Shown here: positions 12,385 to 28,352 of the stretch, piece after piece
How the letters are laid out: each line of letters starts with the position of its first letter
Position numbering within the stretch: position 1 is the first letter of the stretch
Origin: Phyllosticta citribraziliensis
Taxonomy: Eukaryota
Direction: 5' to 3'
Assembly (NCBI RefSeq): GCF_038025025.1
Contig: NW_027117339.1
Span: forward strand, 124,001 to 188,000
DNA length: 64,000 bases
Made by a program: the position numbers and the translations under genes
The notes under the pieces: model-generated
Told to the model about the DNA's origin: nothing
Seen by the model: the letters and a program-made list of their open reading frames with translations, nothing else
The model's database searches: none

Positions 12385-14327
12385 ATGTTTCTTCACCAGC
12401 TGGACCTGACCACTGCCCTGCGTCCTGAGTTGTCGCCAGACGAGACGCTGCTCTTTGTCCAGGATGCCGTTGGCCTGTACCAAGGGTGAGCAGCGCACGC
12501 ACGCGACGCGACGTGAGCTTGACTAACCATCACCGTGTTGCTAGAAAGTACAAGCTGCCCAATTACCAGGACGGACACGCCTACTTGACCTCGCACCGTG
12601 CTTGTTATGTCGACAACAAGGAGCCTCGCAAACACTCCGTCGCCCTGAATCTAAAGGATGTCGAGAGACCCGAATTCTACGTGTGGCTCGCTCTGCTTGC
12701 ACATCCTTGACCGAATGCTAATGGCGCAACTCAGGCCGGCTTTTTAAAGTCATCTCCCAAGGTCACTCTGTATCCAAAGCCAAACAAACGCCCAAATCTG
12801 TCCTTGCGTGGTCCAGCGCATTCTCCCAGCTTCACCCCGTCGTCCACACCTCCGCGCCGTGGCAGTCCGCTGCGGCCAGCTCCTCCACCCCCACCAACCG
12901 CTTCTGCGACCTGGATATGTCCGATATGCTCCTTTTCCAATCCCGTTCCCTCCAACTTTGACCCCGCCATCGCCAATGCAAATACGCCGCTCCCCCCATG
13001 TCTGGCTTGTGGGCTCAAGCCACCGTTGGTGCACCTCATCAAAGCCGCCATAGCTGCCAACAGACAGGCCCAGCCAGAGACCATTCCCTCGCCCACAGCC
13101 GACCAAGATTCATTCGGTCGTGGCTCAGCAAACAGTGGCACATCGCCAAGGTCATCTGCCTTTCAATGTCCCAGATGCACGTTTCAAAATCACCCTTCCC
13201 TGTTGAGTTGCGAAATGTGTGGCGCCTCTCTGGTGACTTCAACGGACCCGGAGCTTGAATTTTCAAGACCTAGAAGATCGGATTCTCCAGCGCCAGTCCT
13301 CAGTGGAGCCCCACCTAGCGATGATGGACCGGAATGCATCAAGTTTTCGTTTCGAGCTGGTGGCGAAAAGATATTCTACGAGAGGTTGAAAAGCGCCCTC
13401 GTGCAGCGCAAGTGGCTGCTTCAAAGCGCCCCACCGGTTCCCAAGCCTGCCGACGATGGTGTGGCATCGGGAGTGGATTCGACTGGGCTTCCTATACGGA
13501 ACAAGGTTGTTGGCATCGCGGGTCTTGAAAGACGTGGTTTTGAGCAGCGCAAGAACAACGAGGTCATGATCGGAAATGCCTTTGAAGACTTGGAAGCCTT
13601 GATGACCTCGGCAAAGGAAATCATCGCTCTGGCCGAGCAATTCGCTGGCCAGGCAAACATCAATGGAAATGGAAACCCGGAGGCCAATGCGGTTCTCTCG
13701 CAATCCGCCAACGCCCTGGGTCTCGTCACGACCAAAGACATGCTGGGTTCCGGGTCGGACTCGTTGTACATTTCGGAACTGGCCAGGAACATTGCAGAAT
13801 TTCTCACCGATGACACGACGGGCGTACTCAGACGCGAGGGAGGCATCATGAGTCTAGTAGATCTTTGGGCCGTCTTCAACCGAGCTCGAGGCGGGGTGGA
13901 GCTCGTCAGTCCCACAGACTTTGAGAGGGCGGCGCAGATGTGGGACAAGCTCAAGTTGCCCGTCCGCCTCCGGCGATTCAAGAGCGGACTTTTAGTGGTA
14001 CAAGGACGAGATCGCACAGACGAAAAGACTGTCGCCAGCCTGCTCGGTTGGTTACAGGAGCTGCACTCGATTCCGCCCAAGGCAGAGGTCGCCTGGGACT
14101 GGTGTCACTATGGCCAAGGAGTCACAGCACAGGAAGTTGCCGAGAATTTTGGCTGGAGTGTTGGAGTCGCAACGGAGGAACTGGAGATGGCGGAGGAAAA
14201 GGGAGCACTGTGCCGAGATCAGGGACTCGACGGGCTGCGATTCTGGGAGAACTGGCTGGTCAAGCTACCGCCTGTCGAGGGTACAGATGCGCTGACCATC
14301 CATTTTCCCCAACCGGAGTATGAGTAG
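12385..14327 (+). CDS. VPS36: ESCRT-II subunit Vps36 (GLUE domain with NZF fingers, winged-helix C-terminus)
   Basis: MFLHQLDLTTALRP start; introns 12486-12544 and 12681-12734; WICPICSFSN and FQCPRCTFQN..CEMC fingers; AFEDLEALM, NRARGGVELVSP. Confidence 0.92.
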
Positions 14328-14551
14328 GCCTGGGCTGGAATCTGGAGTGGACCTGGACCTCAACCGGTCGCTCGCGTATCGACGGACGAAAGGCCGATGT
14401 CGGCGGCGTGGGGCCCCAGCTCACGACTCGCGCACCCGACTTTCAACTGTCGCTGAGAGCTCGTCTTTTACTAAACTTGCGTCACTCTGCCCACGCCTCG
14501 ACGTGCGGCTTCGTTCTTTTGACCTGCCTTTGGGGAGAGCCTGGAGCAGTC

Positions 14552-15558
14552 ATGAAGGAGATACAGACGCCTTTCTCGAGCCCACCGCGCCAGCAGTCGT
14601 TCCAAACACCCTCTACTGATGCTGCGCATGGCCCACAGGGTGGCGCCGTACAGGCCAACTCCAGATGGAACACTCGCAAGTTGGGCCTGAGGACGGGCTC
14701 AGATCTCCTGTCTGCCGCAAGTGCTGGCGGGTTGGTTGCGCCTGTCATCACCATGATTGATCGGTAAGACCCTGGTTGTCAACACCGGTTCAACCACCTG
14801 ACATCTCACCACCAACCAACGGTACTGACGTCTGTAGTGCCATCATAGAGAATGCCTCTGGCCGAAGCCCTCTTCTTCAATCGCTCCGCACGTCCCTGAC
14901 GACACTCCTGCTCCAACCGCAACGCTTCATCCTCTCCCGGCCCTTCTTCCTCATCTTCACCCTTTACACAGGCACCTACTTCTCTGCCAACACGCTCGAC
15001 ACCATCGTCAGCACGACCACAGATGCACCAGCGTCGACCGTCACCGCAGGCCCCTCCAAATTCGCCGCAACAAGCACCTGCAACCTCGCCCTTTGCCTCT
15101 ACAAAGACAGCCAGTTCACGCGCCTGTTTGGCGCCGTCGGCGCACCAGCAGCCAAGATACCCGCGGCCACATACGCGCTCTTCACACTGCGCGACTCCCT
15201 GACCATCTTCGCCAGCTTCAACGTGCCACCGCTGCTGGCGCCGCACATACGGCAACGAGTAGACAAGGCGACGGGGACGCTGGGCTCGGCGCTCCGCAAG
15301 CACGTCGACGCCGCCAGCGCCGCGCAGTTTGTCGCCCCGGCCGCCGTCCAGGTGCTCAGCACGCCGCTGCACCTCCTCGGCTTGGACTTGTACAACAGGC
15401 CCGCGGGCTCGGTGCGGTGGGCGGAGCGCGCCCGCAAGGTCGCGCGCGAGTGGGCGCCCAGCTGCCTGGCGCGCATCGGCCGCATCGTGCCGGCGTTTGG
15501 ATTCGGCGGCGTGGTCAACATGAAGGTGCGGCGGCAGCTCATGGGCAGGTTGGAGTAG
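14552..15558 (+). CDS. Probable conserved fungal membrane protein of unknown function
   Basis: ATG 14552, intron 14764-14837 joins VITMIDR to AIIENASG; coding-like codon use; STPLHLLGLDLYNRP and RIVPAFGFGGVVN segments look like a conserved fungal family (from recall, unverified). Confidence 0.75.
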
Positions 15559-16775
15559 AGCGCGGCGTGTTGCTGTTGGACGCTGTCGGAGCTGGCCATG
15601 GCCGGCGTTTTTCCATCGCCATTGATCCTTTTGCCATCTTGTTTTTCAAGCTCTTTTCTTTTGTCAGGTGTTTGGGCTTTTTCTCGTGGGAGACTCGCGG
15701 GGTCGGGGTGTGTGTGCTTGGACATCGCGCATTACCTGGTATCTATCTAGACGGTCATCAAAAAATTACCCGACATAAACGGGGCATGGGGTCGGCTTCG
15801 GACGGATTCGTTTGGCTACAACTGGAAGCATCCATCCATGCATTCATCCTTACATTCATCTGTCTATCTCATTACTTTGCTCTGGGTATCACATACTTAC
15901 TGCGTCAGCTTCAGTGGTCTTGTGGCGTTGATGACGGTATGGTAGGGAATAGACGGCAATGTAAAGCTACTATTTAGCGAAGAGAAGAGAAGAGAAGGCA
16001 AGAGAATAGAAATAAGGGATATAAGGAACGTGGAGCAGACTTTTTAGATGGAATTTGTCCAGTCTCCATGGATGTACAGATTTACGTGCGTGTCTGCTCG
16101 CTAGGTACCGAGGTAGTTGTCTGCCAGCTAGCTGCACTTCTCGCTGCTGCTTACATGACTTGGAAAGTATTAAAGGTTGAAGTGTTTGCTACATTCATTA
16201 GGATAATAATCTAAGTAATTTGAGTGATTCAACTTCTTTAGTCCCTTCTCTACGAGCTCTCAACAAAAACCTTTTCCTGGTGACCCCCTGATGAAAAATT
16301 GTGTTTTAGAAGCTACTTCTATTATGTGCACCTGGACCTTAAGCGATGATGGCAGGAATTTCTTTTTAGGGTTATTATATTGTCTGTCTGTACCTGATTA
16401 AGATTTTAAAAGGTTGCTCAGTCATTACCTAAAGTGGCTACTCGCGGAAGACTGTCTCGCTGTCTCATTGCTGCCCGCAGTGATCGCTGAACACTTGACG
16501 ACGTCGGCCTACTCACTGAATGATAAACGACGTCCGGTTCAGTGATTCCAACCTGCACGTGCAGAGATAGTGTCATTTTTCAACCCAGACTGACGCACAT
16601 AGACTGTGGGTTTGCTTTGCTCGTCTTGATGGTTCGGTAGCCCGCCTCCATATGGGCGCTTCTTTTGCTGTGTGGCCGAAAGGGGGAGTTCTGTCCTCGT
16701 CGCCCAACGTCGAAAGACAGACGGCATTGTAGGTGCAGGACGAAATGATTTTGCACAAATTCTTCTTCATCCGAC

Positions 16776-18232
16776 TCACGCCGTCTCCCTCAAAACCCTC
16801 TCCGTCATCTCCACACTCAACCCCAAGTAATGCCGCGGATCGCACAGCCGCTCCGCCTCGTCCCTGCTCAGTCCAACCCTCCCATCTTCAACCAGCACAT
16901 CTGCCAACGCCCGCCCCTCCTCCCGCGCCTTCGCACACAGTTCGTACACCAAGTCGTGCGCGACCTGGCGCCCCAGCCGCCCCGCAACGGCCATCATGAC
17001 CGCCTCACTGACGACGCCGCCGGCGGTGATGTCGAGATTGCGCGCCATAGCCTCCGGGCGGACCTCGAGGCGGGCCAGGACGTCCTCGGTGTGGCGGAGA
17101 GCGGCGAGCGCGAGGCAGCACAGCTGCGGCAGGACGATCCACTCGACCTCCCACGGGCCGGTGCTGCGCTCGTGGTCGGCGACGACGGCGCCGGCCAGCG
17201 CGGCGCTGAGCTGCCGCGCCGTCGCCGCGCTCGCCACCACGTACGCGCTGCCGATCGGGTTGCGCTTCTGCGGCATGGTGCTGCTGGCGCCGCGCTCCGG
17301 GCCCGCCGGCTCGCGCACTTCGTCGACCTCCGTCTGCATCAGCAGCGCCACGTCGGTTGCGAATTTGGCGCACGTGCTGCTCAGCAGCGCGAGGAAGGAG
17401 CCGCTCTCGCTGATGTTGTCGCGCTCCGTGTGCCAGGCGATTGGCGGCGCCGCGAGCGAGAGCGAGGCCGCGAGGCGCGTTTGGCATTCGAGGGCGAGCG
17501 TGGGCGGCAGTGTTGCGAGGGTGCCGGCGGCGCCGCTGAACTCGAGGAGCAGGACCCGCTGCTGGAGCGACGAGAGGCGTGCCCGGTGGCGCGCGAACGT
17601 CGAGAGCAGGCGCGCGAGCTTGAAGCCGAGGGTCTGCGGGACGGCTTGCTGGAGGTTGGAGCGCGCGGCCATGGGCGTGTGCTTGTGCTCCTCTGCCAGT
17701 CTCCTCAAGTGCTTGATGATGCTTTCAAGCGACGTAGAGACTAGCTCGAAGGTGTCGCGCAGCTGGAGCGACGTCGCCGTGTCCGTCACGTCCTGCCCAG
17801 TGATTATGACGGATTGAGACTAAAAGGAGAGTCCGGAGAGCGTACCTGCGTCGTAGCCCCCCAGTGCGCCCACTCGCCCAGATTCTTGCCGGGCGCCGAC
17901 GCGTTCGTCATGGCCACGAGCTGCTTGACGACAGGCAAGACGGGATATCCAATCCGCTCAGTCTGCGCGCGGAGCTCATCCCAAGAGTAGAGCTCAAGGC
18001 GGCAGTGTGCTCCGATTGCAGAGGCCGCTTCTGCTGGAATCTGAGCAGAGTCAGTAATTGCAACTTGAGAGACTCGAGGCGGACTTGCGATTCCCAATTC
18101 CGCCTGCACTTTGGCGAGGTGGGCCTCAAAATCGAGGTAGTAGCTTGTTCGCTGCTTGTCGGACCAGATTGCCGCGCATTCAGGGGTTGAGAGAATGTTG
18201 CCAAAGATGACGGAGTCGGTGACGGAAGTCAT
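16776..18232 (-). CDS. Fumarase/adenylosuccinate lyase superfamily protein, 3-carboxy-cis,cis-muconate cycloisomerase (PcaB)-like
   Basis: SSTMPQKRNP signature, HWGATTQD, DHERSTGPW; GC-AG intron 18041-18088 and GT-AG intron 17793-17845. Confidence 0.85.
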
Positions 18233-19291
18233 GCTGGACAGACTGGAAGAGGCTGTATTTTCGAAATTACGACCAGGAGGACCGAGACTGATGAATGCCA
18301 ATTGCGTGAGTGCTTCACAAGCATAGTCTTGTTAGTATGCAAACAAGACTTGAGGGTCTGAGAACTATGAAGAGGTTGGCGGCTTTTCGGTTGAAGATTC
18401 AAGCAAAGACACAACCTAGTCCGGATCATCAAAACACCAGGACTCAGGTCTGACGATAGATAGGCTGCCGTGTCTTGTTTGATAGAGCGCTCTGGTTTGA
18501 GGTTGTCGAGTGCGGGGAAGTTTCCCGGCGGGCGACGGTAGTGCGAAATGACGTAACAGCTTCCACCAACTTATGAGGTGGCAGTCTTACACACTCTACG
18601 AGTCACGAAGATGGCTGGGACTTGACTTTTGTGAGGTAAAGGAGAAATTGACCTCACGACGAGCTTATACCGGGCAATCTCCTGCGTCAAGTCAGCGGCT
18701 CCACTCCATCTGCCCAAGAATTAGCAAACCTTGAGCGAGTCCAAGCCACAACTGTCATGAATCATCTTGTTGGATTGAGGGGAGAATCTGTATTACCGCC
18801 TACAGATAACGGCACGACGACCACCACTTGTACATCTTCCATCGTTCTGACCCGGTGAGTGGGTCTAGCGGCGCTCCTTCTCCCCTTGGCCAAAACATTC
18901 AAAAAGAAAACCACATGATACAAAAATTAAGTCAAACAGACCGGACAGACATTTCCCATCCCGTTACTCCGCCGCCGCCCACAAGGGTCAAAGTCAAGTA
19001 GAGTCCCCTCCTTTTCATTCCTCCCGCGGTTCAAAAACATGCGAATGAGGTAAGTGGTGGAATTTTCATTGAGGAGACATGAGCAGGATGGCTTGTACAG
19101 AAGAAGGGGAATAGGGGAGAGAGGAGGGAGAAAGACGGAGGGGAAGATGGATATTCTACATGACGACACCGGCCTGCTGCGAAATCGCCAAAAGCCCTGA
19201 CCCAATATGCATGAGCAACATCGCTTTTTTCTCGACGCAAACGAACAAGATGAGAAAAGGTAGAAAAGGCAGATCTAAAACAGAAAATCGT

Positions 19292-21408
<2,117 letters not shown>

Positions 21409-22148
21409 TTTGTCGTGATTCGCCTCAACAATGGAACAGTCGCAACGAAGCGATTCGAGTCGATGACGAGGGAGGGGATTGAACGGGAGGGTTGGGGGTA
21501 TAAAGTGATGATGGAATGGGATGGAGCAGTGAGAGGAAAAAGTTGATCGGTAGAAGAGCTTCGAATGACGGCGGCCGGGGAGCACGGGCCACCGTCGGCA
21601 AGCCGGAGCACCCACCAGCACCAGCACCATCTCGACCACCCAGCCTGCCTGTGCCCACTGGCTGGGCTGTCTCTCCACGGCGATGCATTCAGAGGAGAAG
21701 GCTGTCAAAAAATAATATCTCATGAATACATTCAGCACACACCACTGGAGTCAAAAAACACTCACCATCCATCCCCCCACCGCCTGCACGTGAGGCCGTA
21801 CAGTAGCTCACCTCACCTCCCACGTCCTCCACACTGGACTGACCTGACTGCTCGATCGCCCGCCAATGTCAGAGGCAGCCAGAGCTTCCCTCTTTCAATC
21901 ACCTCCTCTCACTCACCCACCTCACTCGTCCCGCTTGACCTCCGCTGCTGTCCTCGCCGGCAGCCTCCTTGATCTTCGCCTCCTTCGATCCTCCGCGTCC
22001 TACATTACCGCCCGTCCCGTCCCTCTGCTTGCCCCAGGTGACGTATGAGGTGCGCTGCTGGTTGCCGCCGCTCTAGGCCAGTCGCGCCAGTTGGACATGA
22101 CAGTCTGCAAATGTTACACGGCCCTTTCTGAGCCATCCACTTTGCAAC

Positions 22149-24814
22149 ATGGCCGTTGACGCCTTTCTGTAAGCCCTGACCTCGTCGCTCTCGCCGTCGC
22201 GTCCTCTGTTTGCTGATCCCGCCCTGCCCGCAGCTTTCGCGACGCAGACTCCCTCGTCCTCCCGCGAAAGTCCTTCTACCCCGTCTCCATACCCGTCGCC
22301 CACTACCAGCTGCGTCATTATACTAGCTGCAGCACTCTCAACGCCAACGACGTCCTCTTTTATGCCAGCGGCCCCGACGTCTACGCCCTGAACACGGCCA
22401 CCCGAAAGCGAACCCACATTGCGACTCTTCCATTCGAGACGAGATGCACCGCCTCGGGCCACGGCTGGCTCTGCCTTGGCGGCGAGGATGAAGGCCACTT
22501 TGCTGCCATTAAGCTTGAAGGCGCCACTTCTACAGCCGCCGACGTGGATACGCTCTTGCCCATACACTTTGGCAGCCGCCGCTCTGCTCGTCCCCAGGGC
22601 CCGTTCCTCGAGACGATAGGGGGAGAGATAGTCAACTCGATATCGATACACAAGCTCCCCGGTGAAAACGGCGCCGACGATGAAGCTGTCGCTGTTCTCA
22701 CCAACAACGACAAGACGGTGCGCGTCTACAGCTTGACCCGTGGAAAGGAAGATGCAGTCCTGGATCTCCCCTTTGCGATGAACCATGCCTCAATATCTCC
22801 TGACGGCAATATCATGGTCGCTGTAGGAGACTACCATCAAGCCTACTTTTTCCAGCGCATCAAGCAACGGCACCCCTCTTCGGGCAAGCTAAATCCTCGT
22901 GTCGTCTCGACGCCACCAGGCTGGACCAACATTTGCGTCGCGCAGCTTCACGTGCCACCCTCGTTGAGCACCACAGGTTACTTCACAACGGCGTGGTCTC
23001 CTTCCGGGCACTTGTGCGCTGTCGGCTCTGAATGTGGCTACATAACAGTCTTTGACGCTGACTTGGTCAAGAAGTGCTCCTATGGGGAGGATGCGATCGT
23101 CAAGGTCGTTCGTTCGACGAGGCCCGACACTTCTTCTGGTCCAGGCGCCGTCCGCACCATGTGCTTTGCGCCCCAACCATGGGACCTGCTCATCTGGAGT
23201 GAAGACCAAGGGATCGTCTGCGTTTCCGACCTCCGGAGTGGTCTTTTGACCAGGCAGGTTCTGAAATTGGAACCGAAGGAGGAAGGACTTGACAAGATTG
23301 AGGCACCGTTGACCGACTTTGAGTCTGCCATGGCGAGCGACAACGAGTCCAGCGGATATAATCCACAAGAGATGTTGGAGGAGATTGAAAGAAGGATCAG
23401 GCAGCGAATGGCCTACTGGGACGACGAAGCCAACATCTTGTCAGCTCTCGAAGGTGGCGGCACCGGGCCCTCGAGATTGTCCGATTCGGATGACCAGCAG
23501 CACCGACCTCGACGGCCACCACCGGCCACGGCTGCAAGGCGGACCACTGCTTCGGCAGAAGATGGCAACACCTCGTCTGCCGAAGAAAACAACAATTCCT
23601 CTGCCGAAGACAGCCGCACCTCTTCTGCCGAGCCAAGCTCACCAGCTGCCGAGCGGGCATCAGGTTTGCGGATATCATCATCGGACACATCCAACCACGC
23701 TTTGGCGCTGGAGGAGCTCGAAAGGGCCAACTATATAAGGCTTCGTCTGGCACGGGCCGAGGCGCAGGGTGAGAGAGTTCCAGAGCATGATGCGCTCGGG
23801 CGGATGATAGAAGAGTACTCTCGCAGGCATAGAACACTTGGCTCGGGAACCGGAGCAGATGCTCGGTCTACTGACAATTCTCGTGATCAGGCCCAGCGCC
23901 GGCGGGCTGGAATTAGCGATCAAGGTCTCTCGATGCTGGAAGATGCGGGAATCTACACTCCAGGTTACGCACGACGAAGTCGAGGTGCTGCCTCGAGCGA
24001 TAGACTCGACAACGACTTGACCACACAAGAGAGCAGCATCCTCGATGCCTTGACCCGCCGCAATCGGGAGCTGCAACGCATCGCGTCAATTCCCCGCAGC
24101 ATCAACTACCCCTACAACCAGCCAAGCAGCTCTGATTCGGGAAATCGAAACGAAGTATCGAGCGAAGACTTTCCTCCCTTGGCAAGTACCAGCAGTGGAA
24201 TTGCCAGGTCCACGAATACCCGACACGAAAATCTCATCAACGAATTGCATCGGGATCTCCTTCGCAACAGCGACCCAGACCCTCAAGGGATCAATCCGCG
24301 ACAGATTACCAACACGGAAACACGAAATGGTGCAAGTGGCAATAGGAGCGGCAGCAACAGCAGGCTCAGTGCATTAATCAGTACTGCCGGCGGATCTAAT
24401 GGCAACACCAGCAACTCGTCGTCGGATGCCTGGCGTACGATAGAGGCGGCCATGTCACGAAGCCCAGCTCCACCAAGCTCGCGCCCAGCAGGGCCTTCGG
24501 GACAAGGGACAGGGACGCTACGGCAGCCAGACTTGTTGCTGGAGATGGGCCGGCTCCGGCAGCTGGCACGCGCACGCGAGCGCATACGCAGCATGCAGAA
24601 CAACATGCAGGTCGACGAGTATGGTATTCGGGTTGGCCTGCTGAGACGCGGTGGCACGGGCGGGCGGTACAATCCTGCGTTTGGAGTGCGCACTGCGGGC
24701 CTGGCCATGAGTTCGGATGGAAGGAAGCTCTTTGCAGGGACCGAGGAGGGCATTTTCGAGTTTGAGATTGACGTGAGGAACCGCAAGGCCTGGGGCGCTG
24801 TACAGCCCAGGTAG
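22149..24814 (+). CDS. WD40-like / DUF2415 protein
   Basis: MAVDAFL|FRDADSLVLPRKSFYPVSIPVAHYQLRHY (intron 22169-22233); NNDKTVRVY, FTTAWSPSG, GAVRTMCFAPQPWDLLIWSED; terminal blade TAGLAMSSDGRKLFAGTEEGIFEF. Confidence 0.8.
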
Positions 24815-25557
24815 GCGACGACGGAACGAGAGCGACTGTTTCTTTGCGTCACCCATCTCCTGCTTTTTGACTCTGTTGGCGTCTTTCTTTCCAAAACTGC
24901 TCGTTATATCCCTTGTAGCATTTTTCTTCTTGGTTGATGCAGAGCACACCTTTTCTAGTCGGACGGGTTGGTCGGCGTAAAATGTCTCTTCTCAGTACAG
25001 TACATAACCGTAGTCATGTTGTGAAGCTTTTAATTGCACTAGCATCAGTGTTGCTCAAAACTATGGATCTATGATTGACCGGTAAATAAATTATATCTAT
25101 CCTTGGTGTTGAGCTGTCCACGTCGAGTAGCATTGTAGCTGCACCCAATAGCGAGGCCGGTGTTGTGGCTGAGAGTGGGTGGGCGGCGGGCCACGACCTT
25201 TTGGGCGCCGAGCATGCAGCGACTTCGGAGCCACGCCTTCTGACGCCATCGCCGACAAATGAGTCGCGCGAACCAGAACCCCACGATTTGCTCCACCGCT
25301 GAGACGAGCCAATTGCCGCTCTTCTCGTACCTGCAGCGTCCTCTTCTCCACGTCCAGTCCCTCGATTCTCCTTCCAAAAACATACCGCTCATCGATTCTG
25401 CCCTCCGCCACGCCCTACTCCGACCAGAGGCTTTTACCACGACCGACACTGCCTTTGTCCGCTCGACGTCGCTCTTTGACCTGTCCGTTGGCCCTCTCCC
25501 TTGCCTCGACTGGCTCTTGCCCCCGGCCGTCCATCTATACTGGAAGAGATATTCGAA

Positions 25558-27075
25558 ATGGCCTCTCCCCCGAGCAGCGAGAAAAAGGGCCCTGCTTCCA
25601 AGCTGGCCCAGAGCGTAGACTTGGATGGACACAACTTGCCCCCCAGCCCGGCCCCGAGCAGCCCCCACAATGGCAGGAAATATGCCCTGGCGACGGAGCT
25701 GGTGTACACAGAAGGAAACGATCAGTACAACTCGAGTAGCATGCCCATTTACCAGGTATATTCTCTACGCCACCGAGCGTCGGCGGTCAGAAAATCAGGG
25801 ACAAAATATTGATGACTCAAACAGACCGCGACCTTCAAGCAAGACTCTGGCAGCGGCGGCGGTGAGTATGACTACACGCGCTCCGGAAACCCCACACGAT
25901 CGCACCTCGAGCGTCACCTGGCCAAGATTATGAGCGCCCGGCGCGCCCTCGTCGTCTCTTCCGGCATGGGCGCTCTGGATGTGATTACGCGCATGCTGCG
26001 GCCCGGCGACGAGGTTGTGACTGGCGACGACCTGTACGGCGGAACGAACCGACTTCTCAAGTACCTGTCCACTCACGGGGGCATCATTGTGCACCACGTC
26101 GACACGACGGACCCGGAAACCGTCAAGGCCGTCATTGGTCCCAAGACGACCATGGTTCTCCTCGAAACGCCCACAAACCCGCTCATCAAGGTCGTCGACA
26201 TTCCAACCATTGCGTCGGCGGTGCACACGGCCAACCCGGCTGCCCTTGTGGCCGTTGATAACACGATGCTCTCCCCCATGTTGTTGAACCCCCTCGACAT
26301 GGGCGCCGACATTGTCTACGAATCTGGCACCAAGTACCTATCTGGCCACCACGATGTGATGGCTGGCGTGCTCGCCGTCAACGATTCCGCAATCGGCGAC
26401 AAGCTATTCTTCACAATCAACGCATCCGGCTGCGGTCTGGCGCCGTTCGACTCGTGGCTGCTGATGCGCGGCATCAAGACGCTGGGCGTGCGCATGGAAA
26501 AGCAGCAATCCAACGCCCAGCGCATCGCCGAGTTCCTGCAAAACGAGGCCGGCTTCCGCGTCCGCTACCCGGGCCTCAAGTCGCACCCGCAATACGACCT
26601 GCACTGGAGCATGGCGCGGGGCGCAGGCGCCGTGCTGTCCTTTGAGACGGGCAACGTCGACGTCTCGGAGCGCATCGTCGAGAGCGCGCGGCTGTGGGCC
26701 ATCAGCGTCAGCTTTGGCTGCGTCAACTCGCTGATTTCCATGCCGTGTCGCATGAGCCACGCCAGCATCGACGCGAAGACGCGTGCCGAGCGCAACATGC
26801 CCGAAGACCTGATTCGCCTGTGCGTCGGCATCGAAGACCCCGAGGATCTGATTGACGACTTGAAGAGAGCGGTGCGTCTCCCTTTTTACATCCTTGTCTG
26901 ATTGTAGTGCTAATACTTGGTGCAGCTCGTCCAAGCCGGCGCCGTCAAGGTCACGCTCAACGGCATCCGCGCCCTCGACGCAAACGAGGCTGCCGTCGAG
27001 AGCGACGTCGCAGCCGGCCAACAGATTGCGGCCGACGGCTTCAAGGAGCCCGAGGCCGCGGGCACGTCGCAGTAG
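25558..27075 (+). CDS. Cystathionine beta-lyase (PLP-dependent Cys/Met metabolism family; MetG/Str3-like)
   Basis: YDYTRSGNPTR, LETPTNP, VDNT, ESGTKYLSGHHD PLP-lysine motif; introns 25756-25824 and 26872-26925. Confidence 0.92.
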
Positions 27076-27559
27076 GCCATTTCCCTTCCACATCGAGCAG
27101 TCTTTGGCCCATGCAGACGCGACTACGGCATCTGGCCAGCCGTTGATTGCAAAGAGAGTTGCTGAGGACGTCGGTCGTCCGGCAGGCTGGCATGCGGCAG
27201 GCAGCAGGAGGCAGCTACAGAGCTAGTGCCGCTTCCGCTCTGGTGGGTGGTGCTGTCTGAGAAAGTGCTTGGCCGTCTCGACCGACATCATTCAAAAAAG
27301 TGCCCCTCTTAAAAACGAAATCTTTCCATGACGCGGAAATGGCTCGCGTGGGTGGCGTGGTGGCTGCCACCGGATAGCAGCCGCAGCAGCAGCAGCAGCA
27401 GAGATGGTGCCACCGGAAACATCATCAAACAGTTTGACGTATGTCCGTGTGCGCGGTCAAGACGGGACGCGGGTCGCGGGTGCGGTGGACAGATGGATAC
27501 GGCGAATGGCGTGAACGCATTACTTGACATTCCACAATTTACACGACATGATCTCTTCC

Positions 27560-27628
27560 CCCCTTTTTCCTTTTTCCTTTTTCCTTTTTCCTTTTTCCTT
27601 TTTCCTTCTTCCTTCTTCCTTTTCCCAT
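27560..27628. repeat. (TTTTTCC)n heptamer microsatellite
   Basis: Direct tandem units downstream of the lyase gene. Confidence 0.8.
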
Positions 27629-28352
27629 CTACATCGATCCCTGTGGCGTGGCATCAAACAAGCTGGGCAAACAGGCAGAAAAGACGGCAGGCAGGCAGGC
27701 ACAAGGAGGGAAGAAGGTAGGCGCTAGAGGGAAGACGCGTTTACCTGTGAAATGGGTGGGTGGGTGAATTGAGGCGCGGCGAGGCGAGGCGTCTAGATAA
27801 GCAAATGGAGGATTTATTTTGTGCTTGTGGCTGGGCTGCGTTAGGGGGGGATGAGTGGTGTGGCGTGGCGCGCTGTATCTGCTGTATTTGCTTGCTGTAT
27901 CTATATCTACTATACTCGCTGTGTATATATGAACGGATGTAATAGATGTGGGCCAAGCATCGGTTGTTCGACCGTATCTTCTTCGCGCCCGCCTGCCTAG
28001 TCTTTCCTTTTCCTTCACGTGGCGTACCGTGTTTTCCTGCTTGGAAGTTTTCTGGCCGGCCGCTGGAGAAACGACAAGGTGTCTAGAGAAGAGTAGGGAA
28101 GAGAAGAGTAGGGAACAAAAGAGAAGAGAAGAGAAGGTCCAGTTCTCCCTTAATATGAAGTTTTAGAGACCTACCACCCGTCCGGAGATCACGCAGGATC
28201 CCCTTATCCTATCCCCTCATCCCATCTCCCCATACCAAAAAACGCCAGACGGCATAGTCTCCCTTTAGTCTTCCTCGCCCCTTTTCTTCTCTCACTTACT
28301 CCTCTCACTTACTCCTCTCACCACTAAAGCCTCCTCAGATCCAACGCTAGAA

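Noticed and set aside
15960..16500. Locally AT-rich patch as a RIP-mutated transposon relic
   Set aside because: Short, with no residual transposon motif; compatible with a terminator or intergenic region
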